Origin: Geosiphon pyriformis uo1
Lineage: Eukaryota; Fungi; Glomeromycota
Direction: 5' to 3'
NCBI GenBank assembly: GCA_016748015.1
Contig: JAAOMT010000718.1
Span: forward strand, 310,001-374,000
Length of the DNA: 64,000 bases
The notes beneath the pieces are model-generated. The model saw only the letters and a list, made by a program, of their open reading frames with translations. It made no database searches and was not told the origin of the DNA. A program made the translations under genes and the position numbers. Below, in pieces: positions 39,112 through 52,863 of the stretch. The first letter of the stretch is position 1; the number at the start of each line of letters is the position of its first letter.

Positions 39112-42100
39112 TTAGATTTGTCTCATTCGTGACAGTCCATCAGCATTTCTATTGTCTTTTCCATTTTTATAATATACTGTATAATTAAATGGTGAAAGTT
39201 CTATTTTTTATCTGGCATGATAATTGTCTGCAAATTTTTGTTTCTGAATTGAAGTCAATCCTTTGTGGTCAGTATACACATTAAACTTTTGACTCAAGTA
39301 TTTTTTCCATTTGATAACAGCCTAATAGATAGCTAAGTGTTCTAATGATGAAGTTCCATAGTTCTTTTCAGCTGACTTAAGCTTCTATTGGCATAAGCTA
39401 CTAGATGTTTTCTTCCATCAGGTTCTTTCTGTGAAAGTACTGCTCCCAATGCTTGGCCTGATGTATCGGTAGTAATTATGAATGGTTTGCTGTGGTTTGG
39501 ATACATCAATATTGGAGTTTGGATAAGCTTTCTTCTTAATATATCAAAAGCTTCTTGTTGAGTTTTTGTCCATTTATACTTTACATTCTTTGTTTGGAGT
39601 TGGTGTAGTGGTTAAGTTATTTTGGAAAAGTCTTTAATAAAGTGGTGGTAGTATCTGGCAAATCCCAAAAATGCTCTCAATTCTGTAAGATTATTTGGTA
39701 CTGGAAAGTTTTTGACAATTTCAATCTTGTCTGGATCTGTTTTTATTCTATCTTTGCTTATCATATGTCCCAAAAACTTGAGTTCAGTTTTTCTAAAGAA
39801 ACATTTGGTCACATTTAGCTTTAGTTTGGCTCTTCTTAATCTTTCAAACACTTGTTGAAGATGATACAGATAATCATCAAATGTTTTTAAGAACACATTG
39901 GTGTCATCCAAATATACAACTACTGATTTCCATAGTAATCCAGTATAGACAATTTCCATGAACTGTTGGAATGTTGTTGAAATGTTCATCAAGCCAAATG
40001 GCATGACTTCAAACTCAAAATTTTCTTCTCTTGTGGTAAATACTGTTTTTTCTTTGTTGGCTGAGTTTATGGCTACTTGCCAGTAACCACTATCTAAATC
40101 CAGTATTGAGAACCATTTATTTCTTTCAAAAACATTAAATAGTTCTTGAATCTTTGGAGTTGAATAGCTATTATCTTTAATCACTCCATTTAGTTTCTGA
40201 TAATCCACACAGAAATGGATTTTTCTATTCTTCCAGACTAATACCACTGGTAATAACCATGGGCTCATTAATGGCTGAATTAACCCATTGTCAAGCATTT
40301 GGTTAATTTCTTGATGAATGATTTCATGGCTAGCTGATAGTACTCTGTATGCTCTTTGTTTAATTGGCATTGCATCTTCAGTTTTGATCTGATGCTGAAT
40401 GATATTGGTTCGGCCAAATTTATTTTTGCTTGCAAAGATGTCATTGAAATTGTTGAATAACATTTTTAGTTGCATCTGTTGAAGTGGGTCTAGATTCCCC
40501 ATGTTTATCTGTTCCAATTGTTCTGGTTGGAGCAAATAACATTCACTTTATCTGTAAATGGTTTGTGATGTGATGTCTACATATCTGCAAAGTTGTAGAA
40601 AATCTGGAACATGGTTTGGTAGTTGATTCTCAACTTGAGTGACTAAATATCCAATGATAGTTCTCTTTGGTATTTCGATGACCTTTTCAGTTGTATTATA
40701 GATGGGAATTTTGATGTTTTTGGGGCTTTTGGCTAATATGTAGAAATTAGTGAGTCCAATCTCTCGTGATTCACAAATGGTAGCTTCTGCTTCAAACAAT
40801 TGAGCTTGATCCTTTACTTTCTTTTTTATGGCTAATATATACTGGTCATATGGTGAAATGGAAATTAATTGATGGGTTGAGATAATTTCTTTTTTGTCAA
40901 CAGTTTTTTCCTCTGTCATATTGACTGGTATGTCTATTCTACTCATTAATCCAAATCCCTGTATCTCTTTTGCTGTTATACCTAATTCTTCCTTCTTTCC
41001 TATTGAAACTAACTGAGCTATTTTCACCAGAGGTAAAAATATTGCCTATGCTATCTTTTTATTTGGCTCTATAATATAGGCATTTTCTGAGTTATTTTGT
41101 AGCATGACAATAATATTTTCTATGTATTTTGCATCAATTATTTCTTCTTTGATATTGATTCTTTTTTTCACTAAACTACTCTTAGATGCTAATTGGACCA
41201 TGGTTGTTGTTGAAATTTCCAGAGCTATTTTGAGATCAATATATGTGCACAAATTTGGTTTCAATTTGATGGCTTCTTTTCCTGGATATCTCAAATCAAA
41301 TTTTACATCAGTATTATGTGCACATTCTGGCATGATACCTTCATTATTATCACTATACCATTTAAGTTCCTGCTTCTTAGAGAGATCAGAAAGCACAATA
41401 TATATTTTGAGATTGGAATTGGAGTCTGAATCATTGATATTTTTGTTGCCATATTGCACAGAGCTAAAACCAGTGTTTTCATCATCATCATTGTCGGAGT
41501 TTAAATTGGAATTAAAAACTGATTCCGATTCCAATGTGTAGCTGCTGATTGGTTCTTCTTTTGGGATCATATAGATCATGCGTAGTGGTAGATTGTAAAT
41601 GAAGTCACATTTATTACAATATTGAAAGTGACAAGGAATTAAGCAATGTTAACATAATTGAGTATTCAACTGTTCCAAATGCTGCTCTTGTTCTTCCCTA
41701 GTAGGTGCTAGCTCTTGATAATGTTCGTGGAATTGTTTTGGATCTAGAAAATTTATGACTGGTTCTGGGTCCTAGTCAAGTTTTATAGGTTCAGATGGAT
41801 TATTTTTAATCATTTTTATTTCTTTTGGGATCGCTCCTTCAATTTTGGCGAATGCCATTCGCCAGATTTTGTCATTATCATGTGGGCACTCATTCAGATA
41901 TTTGATGGCTTATCTCCAGACAGTATCTATGGACATTCCTTTTCTCACCCAGTCGCTTATGAGAATCGTGTATTGACATGATTTGTCACATGTTCCTCTT
42001 TGTCCAAGAATGTCATTCCACATTCTTTCATCTAGAAGAGTTTTTCCACAAGCCAAGCAGGATTTGTTATCCCATTTTTTTACTCATTTTGGTCTTCCAA

Positions 42101-45100
42101 AACGTTCAAAGATGCATGGGTGACAATAAAATTTGTTTGCCAAAGTATACTCTTTATCATTGCCACAGCAAGCGCCCATTGATGACAATTTCTTGTTGCA
42201 ATTGACACACACCAGTTTTGGGCAATGATAAACAGATTGTTGTGGTGTAGTACAGAAATTATATGTGGTGGTGCTGGTGGATATTGATCCTTTTTCCTTC
42301 TCTTTTTCTTTTTTTTTTGTCTTTTTTTCCTATTCTCAAGCTGGTTTTTCTGAATCATGGTTGGTTTCTCAGTTTTGGTTGATGTTCCAGATAACTTTTT
42401 CTCTTTGCTTTCCTTTGCTGTTGTCATTTCACGAAGGTACTGGCAGCAGCTCGTTGTGTTCTGTGTCAACTCAGGAAACTTAGTAGGCTTCCCAGGTAGG
42501 TTTTTTCTCTTCTTCCTCAAATTTAATGAGTGGTGTTGTTAAGTTAGTGGTCTTGAAATGGCCACACATGGCTGGTATACATGTGTGTTAACCATTTTGG
42601 CTCAGTTGGAGCTTCTGCGTCATCCAGTCCAGTATGGTATTGGTTTTAGATAACCAGTCATTCCTTACTAATGCCTAATATTGGGTTGCTTTCATTCCTA
42701 GGACTTTGATAAGAATGATAATGCCATTAACTTTAAAAGAGAAGTCATCAATCTCACCAATAGGAGTTTTGGTTGCTCCATCAGTGGTTATGATCCTGGC
42801 ACTGGCAGCACAATCAACTTGGCGACCTAATTGGTCTATAAGTTGTTTTGTAATGATGCTGCCAGCTAATCTACTGTCTATAATCAGTTTGATGGAATGG
42901 CCATCAACTTTGGCATTAGTGTACATGGCAGTAATAGGTTTTTCTTTTAGAGCAACTCCACTAAATAATAGCATGGTCGATGGTTTTTCAAGTTCAAACA
43001 GGAAGATGGTGTCTAGTGATTCGTTCTCAGTGATAGTAGCTGGTGGAATGTTGCTGGTAAGTATTGGGTGTTGGTTGGTTTTTAGATTATTGGGTTAAGC
43101 ATCTTTTGGGGTAACCAGTAGACTTAAATAGTTCTGGAAATTTGGGTGTTAGGCATACTTAGTGCCCAAATTCTATTGTCAAGATCCTGCTGGTTGTGTG
43201 GAAAAACTAGGGATTGGTTGGTGGACTACTATTGACAATCTCCAGTTTTGTTGGGTCAATCTCAGCCTTTGGGTTCTGTTTTGAGGTAAGTTCTGTGGTA
43301 GTGTTTAAATTTGTTGGGGCTGATATATTACCTGAGACTGCGGCTGGTAAATAGGTTGTGGCTGTGGCTGATAAATTGCTGGTGCTGTCAGTTAATAAAT
43401 TGGCATTTGATATACTGGTGGTTGATAAGATGACTGCTGCATCATAGGTAAGTAATTCTGATAATATGGCTCTGAATTTGGTGGGTTATTCGGAATTTGA
43501 AATTGGTGATCAGAGTTTCAATATTGATTTTCTGATCATTGGTTATTTAAGTGATGGTGACAATTGATTTGTAGGTGTTCTTGTTTACCACAATAGTGGC
43601 AAACACGTGTTTTCTGTTGCCATTGTTGATTGGTCAATAATGATGGACGCGACTGATTCTAAAAACAATTCGTGTTTCCAGAATTATTGTATCATTGTAG
43701 TGGTTAATAAAATTGCATGATTGTCAGCTAAGTATCCCTCTAATTTCTGATTAATGAAATCACTAAATTGTTTCAATTTGAAATCCAATTTAAATGATCT
43801 ATTTATTACTAGATTAATGGCTTGGGCATGGTTGGCTTCTAATTCAGTGGCTTCAAAATCTTTGGCATTTGTGACAGCTGCTTGCAGATCGACAGAATGC
43901 ATTGGGCATACACATTACAGAATGCTGCTGCATAATCTGCGAATAAACTGATTTAGGATCTGGGTCACTGTGAAATAATTGGCATCAATAGCTTGGATCT
44001 GGTGCAGATTCCTATGGAAGTGTCTTAAGTAAGTAGTGACTGCTTTATTTTCTTCTTGTTTAATGGTAATAAAGGTGTTTGCTAGCCTGTTAATGCTGTT
44101 ATTATTGCTGAAGTATCTTAAGAACTCAATTTTAAATGCATTAAAATCTGGGGTTTGTTGACTAGACTTTGATACCATAAATCAGTGATATCTTGGAGAA
44201 AATATGGGATGACTTGCATAGCTCTGGCATCATTCTATCCATTAGCTGCTATGGCTTTTTCTATGTCATTAAGCCATACTTGGGCATTGTCTTTTTTACC
44301 AGTAAATTTCTCGAGTTTTGCTATTGAAATGTAGGCCATTGGATCCAAGTTTGGTTGTTGAAGTTGTTGTTGCAGCTGTAAAAGCAGCTGCTGTGGTAGT
44401 TAAAGTGGTTGAAGTGGCTGTTGTTGCTATTTGTCAATTGGTGAAGCTGGAAGTGGATTGATTATGATTATTGAAGGTAAGTGTTGTTGATTATTAATAT
44501 TGGGATTTTGATTGTTCTGATTGTGCTGTGTTTGAAAATTTGGAGTTTCAATTTCCGGATTTTCTGGAATCAGATTCTGGTAAGTAAATTCTTGATCTTC
44601 GGATTTTTTTTTTTCTGTTCTTCTTCTGATTTTGTTAATTCCCAGGAATTCGTGGTTCTAAAATCTGGCTGTGGTGGTGGTGATTGGAATCCTAATGGTG
44701 TTGACAATTACAATTTAAATCCTTCAAAGTAATCACTATATGGTCTTAATAACTCTGTTTTTTGTTGTTTACTTTGAAATGGGAAGCATCCAAAGGTTGA
44801 TGTTGCATTTGATGTGGACATGTCTGTTGATGTGATGTTAATGGCACTTCTAGGTGTATAATAATATGATGGATTGGTGAGTGATTCAACTTGGGTTTTC
44901 TTCCAATTGGGTGGTTGTATTTGTTTTGGTATTACTGCTGGAGTTTGCAATCTTTCTTTGCCTTTATCTGCATAGGTGATGGGGAATTGTTGTTGTGTAT
45001 ACCTTTCAATAGTTTGATTAATATTTCTAATAATTGGTGTGAAACTGTAGTTTCTTGGTAAGCTGGTATGTTGAAATAATTCTGTGTAGAAGTTTTCCTT

Positions 45101-45280
45101 TGCTAATTCAATATTAACTGTTCCTCCTAAGCACTCTGTGATTTTATCATTGATGTAAAAATTAAAGGCTAATTCTGCTGGGAAATGATTATTGTTTAAT
45201 CTTAATTGTTGACTGTACTGTTAAAATAAGGATTTGGCGAATTTTAAATGGTTTGTCCCTATGATTTCTGATTCTGCCAC
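39112..45280 (-). pseudogene. El2 Gag-PR-Cys-rich-dUTPase-RT-RNaseH polyprotein
   Basis: Capsid ~43900-44340, protease LIIDS ~42870, dUTPase ~40940-41340, RT YLDD ~39905-39916, RNase H ending NADGLSRMRQI* at 39112-39114. Many premature stops and a few indels. Confidence 0.9.
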
Positions 45281-45342
45281 TTTTGGATGATTGTTGATAG
45301 TACTGGTTCTCTGTAAGATTATACTTCACAGGAAGCACTAAA

Positions 45343-46159
45343 TGTTACAAGTGATTATTTGGGATCTTAAATCAAATAACAAATCCATAACTTGGTGCTC
45401 AGTATCTACTTTGATGGCTGATGGTAATAGTATTGGTATGTTGTCTTTTTCTAAAAAATTTGATTGAGAGTTCTTTGTATAATGAACAGAGATTCAATAA
45501 TAAAATAGTTGGTTGATAAGTGGTGTTCCCAATTTCTGTCTTCAGCTTAGTGGTCAGTTTATTCTGGCAGTTGTGCCCTTCTGGTAAGCTATCTGTTAAT
45601 ATATATATAAATTTACTCTTATTTTTGGGTCTTTTATCAGGCTATCCGTGACATCAATTACTTAGTACTTTAATCCTTAATCAATTAGTATACAACAATA
45701 AAATCAAGAAAAAAAAAAATAAAAAGAAGAAAATAAAGAAATGAACCAAGACAATATGCAAGTTAGAATCCGTTAATAGCCATAATCAAGAGCTATTGTT
45801 CCAGTGTAGTTAAGTATTAATTGCTATCAACATAAAATGTTGATAGTAAAGAGTGTATTGAAATGGTGAATAATTATTTATTAATATTTGTAAATGGAAA
45901 GTTGTTTAGATAAAATCTAAACTGAGGGATCTCTAATGGAAGGATTTTTTTTTTCTACTTTTAATGCTACTGCTATATATACATAATTAATGTTCTATGA
46001 GATTGCTTACATTCTCGAGTGATGTGCTATGATTTTTTGAGCAATGTGCTGTAATTTCTGTCATTGCTCTACATTGCTGAGCAATATGCTTACATGCTAT
46101 ATACTATTTGCTTATTGGTCTACTATTTCCCTATATCTGTTTTCTTTTTATGAGTAACA
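45343..46159 (-). repeat. 5' LTR of El2 (817 bp)
   Basis: TG..CA termini; direct repeat of 26187-26440 + 36352-36995. Confidence 0.95.
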
Positions 46160-46641
46160 ATGGCTTTTAGAGACAATATATGATTGGTTTATGCAAAGCA
46201 CTGAGCCTATATGGAAAAAAATGGTTTGATTTTTTTTGATAGTTCAGTTCTTATCTCAGTTTCTGGTTTGGCTTTAGGGTTTTCTGCTGGTGTGGTAAAA
46301 CTGCTTGGTGTTACTAATGTTTTTGATATATGTTTTGGCTTTTGCAAATTTTGTTCATTTTTTTCAGATATTGGTGGTTCAGTATTAGTTTATATAACTG
46401 CATAGTGTTGTTCTGATTGGTCCAGTAACTGGTCACATGTAGAAAGTACATGATTCACACCTAGTTTAGATTATTTTTTTAATATATAGTACTAGGCTGT
46501 GTTTGGACCTTATTTGTTAATATAAAAAAAAAATTAAAAAAAAATTAAAATAATTATTATTAAGTATTTAAATCTAATTTTAAAAATAAATAAAATACCA
46601 AATTTATATACTAATAAAACATAATCAAATTTTTTATATAT

Positions 46642-47509
46642 TGTTACTTATAAAATATAGAAATTATATATTAGTACATAAATTAACCAATCAGAATAGA
46701 CATAGTAAAAATAGAATTGCAGAATTCCAGAATTACAGAATTTTTATATAAGAAATTACAGAATTCCAAAATTTCTAAATTTTTTTTAAGGAATTACAAA
46801 ATTTTAGGAATTTCAGGATTTCTGGCTAGAAAATTGAGGAATTTAAAGAATTTTGTACAATGAAATTTATGTATATATAACAGTAGTATTAGAAACAGAA
46901 AAGACAAAATTCTTAGTTGAAAATCTTTAATTTTAATTTCATATTTATCTTTTTATATAATAGTATTCTATGACTTGAAATAAAAACACTAAATATCAAT
47001 AAAATTATTTATTACTATCACAATCCATTTTTTTACTATTAACAATTCATGTTAATAGTTGTTGATACTTAATTATACTAGACCAATAGCTCTTAATCAT
47101 GGCTATTGATGAGATACTAATTCTTATTTTTTTTTATTTTTATTTTTTATTTATTTTATTTCTTTGTTGTTTGTTGATTTACTAACTGATTAAAAAAATT
47201 AAGCATTGAATAATTAGCATTAAAAATAACCTGGTAAAAGATCTTAAAAAAAGAGTATAGAGTTTAAAAAATTTATAGATAAGCTTATCAAAAAAACATG
47301 ACTGTTAGAATAAACTGGTTACCACACTGAAGAAAAAAATTTGATGGAATTGTAATTCCAAGAGACTATTAATACAATTAGTGAATCTTTGTCCATTATA
47401 CAAAAAACTTAACCAAAACTTTCAGATACAAAACTTTCAGATATTATCAACTATATTACTTATTAAGTACCAAGTTATGGATTTGTTATTTGTATTAACA
47501 TCTGTAACA
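46642..47509 (+). repeat. Solo LTR of family A (El1-like), TSD ATAT/ATAC
   Basis: TGTTACT...TGTAACA; reverse-complement similarity to 635-1467 including the CCAAT, TATA-like and GGAATT-repeat blocks. Confidence 0.88.
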
Positions 47510-49660
47510 ATACAAAGCAGAAAAACAAATTTAATTTAGCTTATTTTAAATTAAAGTTTTAAAAATTAAAATTAAAATTAAAGCTATTATTAAACTATTT
47601 TTAAACTTAAAACAAATAATTACATATTTAATATACATATATAATCAAATAATAATTAATTATACAAGTTTTTTTATTAATAAAACTCAAAAATTTTTAC
47701 AAATTATGTATAATTATTTTTATTAATAAAGTATAAAATAAAATTTTATATATATTTTTAAAATTTTATAATATTAAATTTGATTATATAAATAGTATTT
47801 TTTAATAAGAATAAATTACTTAGAAACTAATAAATTAATTTGTTTTTAATTATTAAATTTCATTAATGTTTTTTGCTAAAAAATTTTTAATTATATTTTA
47901 ATTAACTTAATAATTCTAAATTTAGTTAATATATATGTAAATATTTCTACAAAAATCTTTTTAATTATTATTGTTTAATTTATTTAATTGTTTATAAGAT
48001 ATTTAAAATTAGTATTTATTATTATATTATTGTTTTTAGTTAAATTTACAGCTTTTATTAAATTAAAAATTTTTATAAAAAATTTTACCAAATTTTAAAA
48101 AAGTAAATATCTTTTTTAAAACTATTTATATTAGAAAACAATTTTCAAATTAACTTTGATTTTTTCTGAAAAAACTTATTAATAATAGTAAAAAATTAAT
48201 ATTTAAAACAAATAATTTCTTAATAGACATATTTATAAAGTTATTATTAATAATATTAAAAATACTATAAATATTTTTAACAAAATCTTAAAATTTGTTA
48301 ATTAATAATAATAATATAATATTATGTATTTAAATTATATATGTTTTTGGTTTATTAGTTAGTTTTTATTAAAAAAAATAATATTAAAATTTTTTATTTA
48401 AAAACCATTTTTAAAATTAAATTGGTAAATTTTTTTGGTTGTATTAATTTTAAAATTAGTAAACTAATTTTTTAATATGTAATTATACTTGTTTTATGTA
48501 CATAATTAATAATAATTTAGTAAGTATTTTAATAATAATTACTATTTTATTTAGTTTAAAAAAAGTTTTGTGTATAAAAATATTAACTATAAAATATTGT
48601 TTATATAAAATTTTAATTTTATAAGAATAAATATAATATTATAAATAAAATTATTTGATTTTTTTAAATTTATATTTAATTAACCAAAAAAAATTTTATA
48701 ATTTTAAAAAAAAAAAGCGAATTAACAAGCTTAATTTATATAATAATATTTAAAAAGTCTAAAATTTAAATTTTATACAAAAATACTTAATATTGTTTTT
48801 AATAATTAAATTTAATTCATATTAAATACTAAAATAAAAACTATTTAAAATTTTTTTAACAATTTGTAAATATTTTTTAATATTATTAAAAACAGTATTT
48901 TTAAAAAACAAAAAAAAATACTTTAATTTCTATTTAATTAACTTAATTTTTAAGTTTAAGTAATTTAATAAGTTAATTATTTAAAATTATATGTAAAAAT
49001 ATAACTTATTTTGTTTTTAAAACCAGTAAAAATTCATCAAAATTTAATATATTAAATAATTTAATTATGTTATTATCCAAATAAAAAGAAAATTATTGTT
49101 AGATTAAATATTATAATTGATATAACTGTTATAAAATTAGTATAATTACTAAAAAAACCAAATAAAACCAATTTTTTATTTTTTACAAAAGAAACAAACA
49201 TTAAAAAAGAAATAATGTTTTAAAAAACATTAATAAAAAATAATTATTTTAATATTAATAAAGCCAAACAATAATTAAAATATTTAAGAAAAATATTTTT
49301 ATAATTAAAAACTTTTTGAGTTGTTGTTTTTTTAATATTATAAATTTTTTGTATAATTTTATTTAATAAATAATTTTTTTGTTTTATTTTTGATATACAA
49401 TATTAGTTAATTAATTTAATTTTAAAAGTATTATTTTATTATTTTTTACAAAATTTTATTTTATCTATATTTTTATAATAATATATTTAGAATATATTAT
49501 AAATAAATTTAAAATTAAAAAATTTATGTAATTTTAGTAAATGTAAAAATTGTTAAATTAATTATTATATTTAATAAAAATTGGTATATTTTATATTTTT
49601 AAATAATAATAAATAATACAAATACAAATATAATAAAAACAAAAATCAATCAATTATTTC
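47510..49660. other. AT-saturated hypermutated DNA
   Basis: Almost devoid of G/C, no ORFs; ends abruptly ~130 bp before the first host gene. Confidence 0.55.
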
Positions 49661-49793
49661 TATTTTGTTACTTGATTTAATAATATGATTGGTCGGTTAA
49701 TTTATTCACCACATTATGCACATTTTTGAACTTGGTTGCAACTCTTTCACCTCTTTTTTGATCCTCATTCCCAATTTATGAAAATAATGAAAA

Positions 49794-50564
49794 ATGTTTA
49801 CACCACAACATATAACCCATCTAATACGTCTTCAATCTTTGATAAAAGAATGGTTAAATGCACATAAACAATCGTCCAGTTTATTTAATTCTCTCTTAAA
49901 TTTAATTTCACAACGAAAAGATACTTTCTCTTTACTCACTCTCAAATTTTCCAAAGAAAATAGTTCATCATCATTTACAAAACCCATTTTATCTTCAACC
50001 GCCTTAGAACTCTTGATATATAAACAATCACGTGAAATCGAAAAGGATCTATCATTTATTCAACAATCTTTGCAAGAATTTCAACGAATTATGATCGAAA
50101 TGGAAGCTGTTTTAACAAAATCTATGAGGGTTTTAGCACTAAAACCACCCGTATCATCAACATCATCAAATCAAAACTTTGCCACAACTTCTTCCTCTGG
50201 AAAAAAAGCCAAGAATAAAAAATCATGTTATTCCAAACATCAAAAACCACCAAAATCAAATTCTCAAAAATCTTTATCGAACGTCCAATCAAAAGGAACT
50301 TTGGATGATAATGTAACGGATATCCCAATTACACTTGCTAGTCTTTATTGTGTACGTATTATTGAAATGTATGAACGAGAATTGACAAGAAAACGAAATT
50401 TGATAAATGTTGCTCTTTTAAATATTACTGGGGAATTTGAAAATCATATAAAAATTGTTGCTGATCAATGGGAAGTTCAACCACATTTAAATTTCCGGAT
50501 TGAAGAAGAGATGATGGACAGGGTTAAAATTTGGGAAAGAGCTAAAGAATATTCTAATCTTTAA
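49794..50564 (+). CDS. Single-exon helical protein, possibly C1orf109/AIRIM (CA109-like) family
   Basis: Intact 256-aa ORF with normal CpG content. The pattern W..S..L.NL..Q / L..KQ / I..MY..EL..KR.L...W resembles that family (from recall). Confidence 0.6.
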   Translation: MFTPQHITHLIRLQSLIKEWLNAHKQSSSLFNSLLNLISQRKDTFSLLTLKFSKENSSSSFTKPILSSTALELLIYKQSREIEKDLSFIQQSLQEFQRIMIEMEAVLTKSMRVLALKPPVSSTSSNQNFATTSSSGKKAKNKKSCYSKHQKPPKSNSQKSLSNVQSKGTLDDNVTDIPITLASLYCVRIIEMYERELTRKRNLINVALLNITGEFENHIKIVADQWEVQPHLNFRIEEEMMDRVKIWERAKEYSNL

Positions 50565-50900
50565 TTTAGAAGGGAAAAACAAGAAAATTATTCCGGTCAG
50601 AACTGATTACCCTTGTTTTTATTTAATAAAGGAAAAGTTATAACTTCGGTTAAATGTTTATTTTAAAAAATTCCCTTATTTGTCAGCCTGTTTAGGAGTT
50701 TCACCCGAAAATATTCATGTAACATTGTTCTGCAGAATTATATTTAGAGCATTTTGATAATCGGTTTCGGAATTTTTATTTTCATTGTGAAACATTTTTG
50801 GCTTAAAAATTTTGTTTTATAAAAAAAAAGCTGTCACTTCGATTAAGCTATCAAGTTTTTCAATCTTTTACTTTTTTCCCACACGCTATTCAAAAAAATC

Positions 50901-52691
50901 ATGGTCAAAGTAAAGAATATTTGCTGCATTGGCGCTGGTTATGTGGGTATGTTAATTTCTTTGGTCATTATCCAACCCCATTTACCCTTTTATTTCTTTT
51001 CCTTAATACATCTCTATGTGGTAAACATTAGGTGGACCGACATGTTCCGTTATTGCCTTCAAGTGTCCTCATATAAAAGTGACCCTCGTAGATTTGAATC
51101 CAGAACGAATTGCCGCTTGGAATTCTGATCAACTTCCCATATATGAGCCCGGTCTTTCTGAAATAGTCTTTGCTCGACGTGGTAAAAACTTATTTTTCAC
51201 AACCGAGGTCGACCAAGCCGTTAACGAAGCTGATTTGATTTTCGTTTCTGTAAATACACCGACAAAGAAAGCCGGAATGGGTGCTGGGTTTGCCGCTGAC
51301 TTGGCGTAAGTAAAAATTACAATTGTAAAGTTTCTCTTTCTAAACCTATTCAATATGTTAATATACATGTTCAATATCATTTAGCTATGTAGAAGCTGCT
51401 ACTCGTGGCATCGCTTCCATTTCAAAAAGTTCCAAAATTGTCGTTGAAAAGTCTACCGTTCCATGTCGTACTGCAGAAAGCATGCGTACAATTTTGGAAG
51501 CAAATTCAACCGGTGACATTCGATTTGACATTCTTTCAAATCCAGAATTCCTTGCTGAAGGAACCGCCATTCAAGATTTATTAAATCCCGATCGCGTCTT
51601 GATTGGCGCTTTGCAGACTGAGGATGGCCAAAAGGCTCAGCTAGCTTTGGTGGAAGTTTATGCTAACTGGGTTCCTACTGAGCGTATTATTACAACCAAT
51701 CTTTGGTCGTCAGAGTTGTCGAAATTGGTAAGTGTTAATTGAGAGATTCTCAGAAATTGTCTTTTATTTTATTTTGATATTTCCCATTTCATGAAACAGG
51801 CGGCCAATGCCTTGTTAGCACAACGCATTTCTTCGATTAATGCACTCTCGGCCATATGTGAGGCAACAGGTGCAGATATTGACGAGGTGGCATATGCATG
51901 TGGTTGTGATTCTCGTATCGGCCCAAAATTTTTGAAACCTTCTGTCGGTTTCGGTGGAAGTTGTTTCCAAAAAGACATTTTAAATTTGGTTTATTTATCA
52001 GATCAATTGAATTTACCTGAAGTTGCTGCCTATTGGAAACAAGTTATTGATTTGAACGAATATCAAAAAAAGCGATTTGTTGAGCGTATCATTAAAACAT
52101 TGTTTAACACGATTACAAACAAGAAAATTGCTCTTTTTGGATTCGCTTTCAAAAAGGATACAGGAGATACTCGCGAATCAGCAGCCATCACCTTATGCAA
52201 ACATTTTATTCAAGAACGTGCAAACGTTCGTATTTATGATCCGAAAGTTACCAGCACACAAATCTTTTTAGATCTTTCAGAGCCTGGAATTTTGGATAAC
52301 ACACTTGATGGTAAATTATAAATTTCCAGAGCTATTATTCAGTTTAGGTAACCTTCTTATTGATCACTCGTTAAACTCGTGTTATAGTAAAAAATAGAGT
52401 CGTAATAGCCCGTTCACCCTATGACGCGTCTGAAGATGCTGATGCTATTGTAGTAGCAACTGAGTGGGATGAATTCAAGGTTAGAAAAGAAATTATTGAT
52501 TTTTTTTGAGTTCATAATCAATTTCTCCCCCTTAAAATATCAAAAAATCAACTTAGGAATTGGATTTCACTCGAATCTACAAACGCATGAATAAACCTGC
52601 TTTCATTTTTGATGGTCGTCTTATTCTCAATGCTGCTAAATTAGAAAAGATTGGTTTTAGTGTACATACCATTGGTCGATCGGGGGTTTAA
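50901..52691 (+). CDS. UGD1: UDP-glucose 6-dehydrogenase (6 exons: 50901-50946, 51032-51305, 51385-51727, 51800-52310, 52388-52479, 52557-52691)
   Basis: [62 protein letters not shown]; GT-AG introns keep the frame. Confidence 0.97.
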
Positions 52692-52863
52692 AAAAAAAAG
52701 CCAGAAATTTTTAAAATTATTTGTAATTTCTAGTAGTAAGGTAGTCCAACAGATCGTAACAAGTAAACTATTCATATTATAATTAGATCAAATATTTTGA
52801 TATAAAAAATTAATTTTAATGGAATTTATGGGTTTTAAATTAATCATTAGAAAGATCATGAAA

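Larger units (their letters stand above)
26187..46159 (-). mobile_element. Ty3/gypsy element El2 (family A), full length, TSD ATGG, 3' LTR interrupted by El3
   Basis: 5' LTR 45343-46159; 3' LTR 26187-26440 + 36348-36995; PBS 45325-45340; PPT 36996-37011; ATGG at 26183-26186 and 46160-46163. Confidence 0.95.
21742..46405 (+). pseudogene. LINE-2 ORF2 (APE-RT-RNaseH-ZnF), interrupted 26187-46159
   Basis: ATG 21742 overlaps the ORF1 TGA (ATGA). VATCNIR, GDFN, ALIETA, VHDGLDQG, FIDDTIW, LSVYMNGS, WHKVKGH, CLFC..H..C. Confidence 0.88.
19802..46533 (+). mobile_element. LINE-2: full-length degraded non-LTR retrotransposon, split by the 20-kb El2/El3 insertion (LINE sequence 19802-26186 and 46160-46533)
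   Basis: Same domains as LINE-1. ORF2 rejoins in frame across the TSD (CSLSM|AFRDNI*LVYAKH*AYMEKNGLI). Stop at 46405, short 3' UTR, A-tail 46524-46533. Confidence 0.93.

Noticed and set aside
45386-45389. Apparent conserved Gag ATG inside U5 of family-A LTRs
   Set aside because: The sister LTR (~26229-26232) reads ACA. Both derive most simply from ACG by CpG decay, so the ATG may be a mutational artefact.
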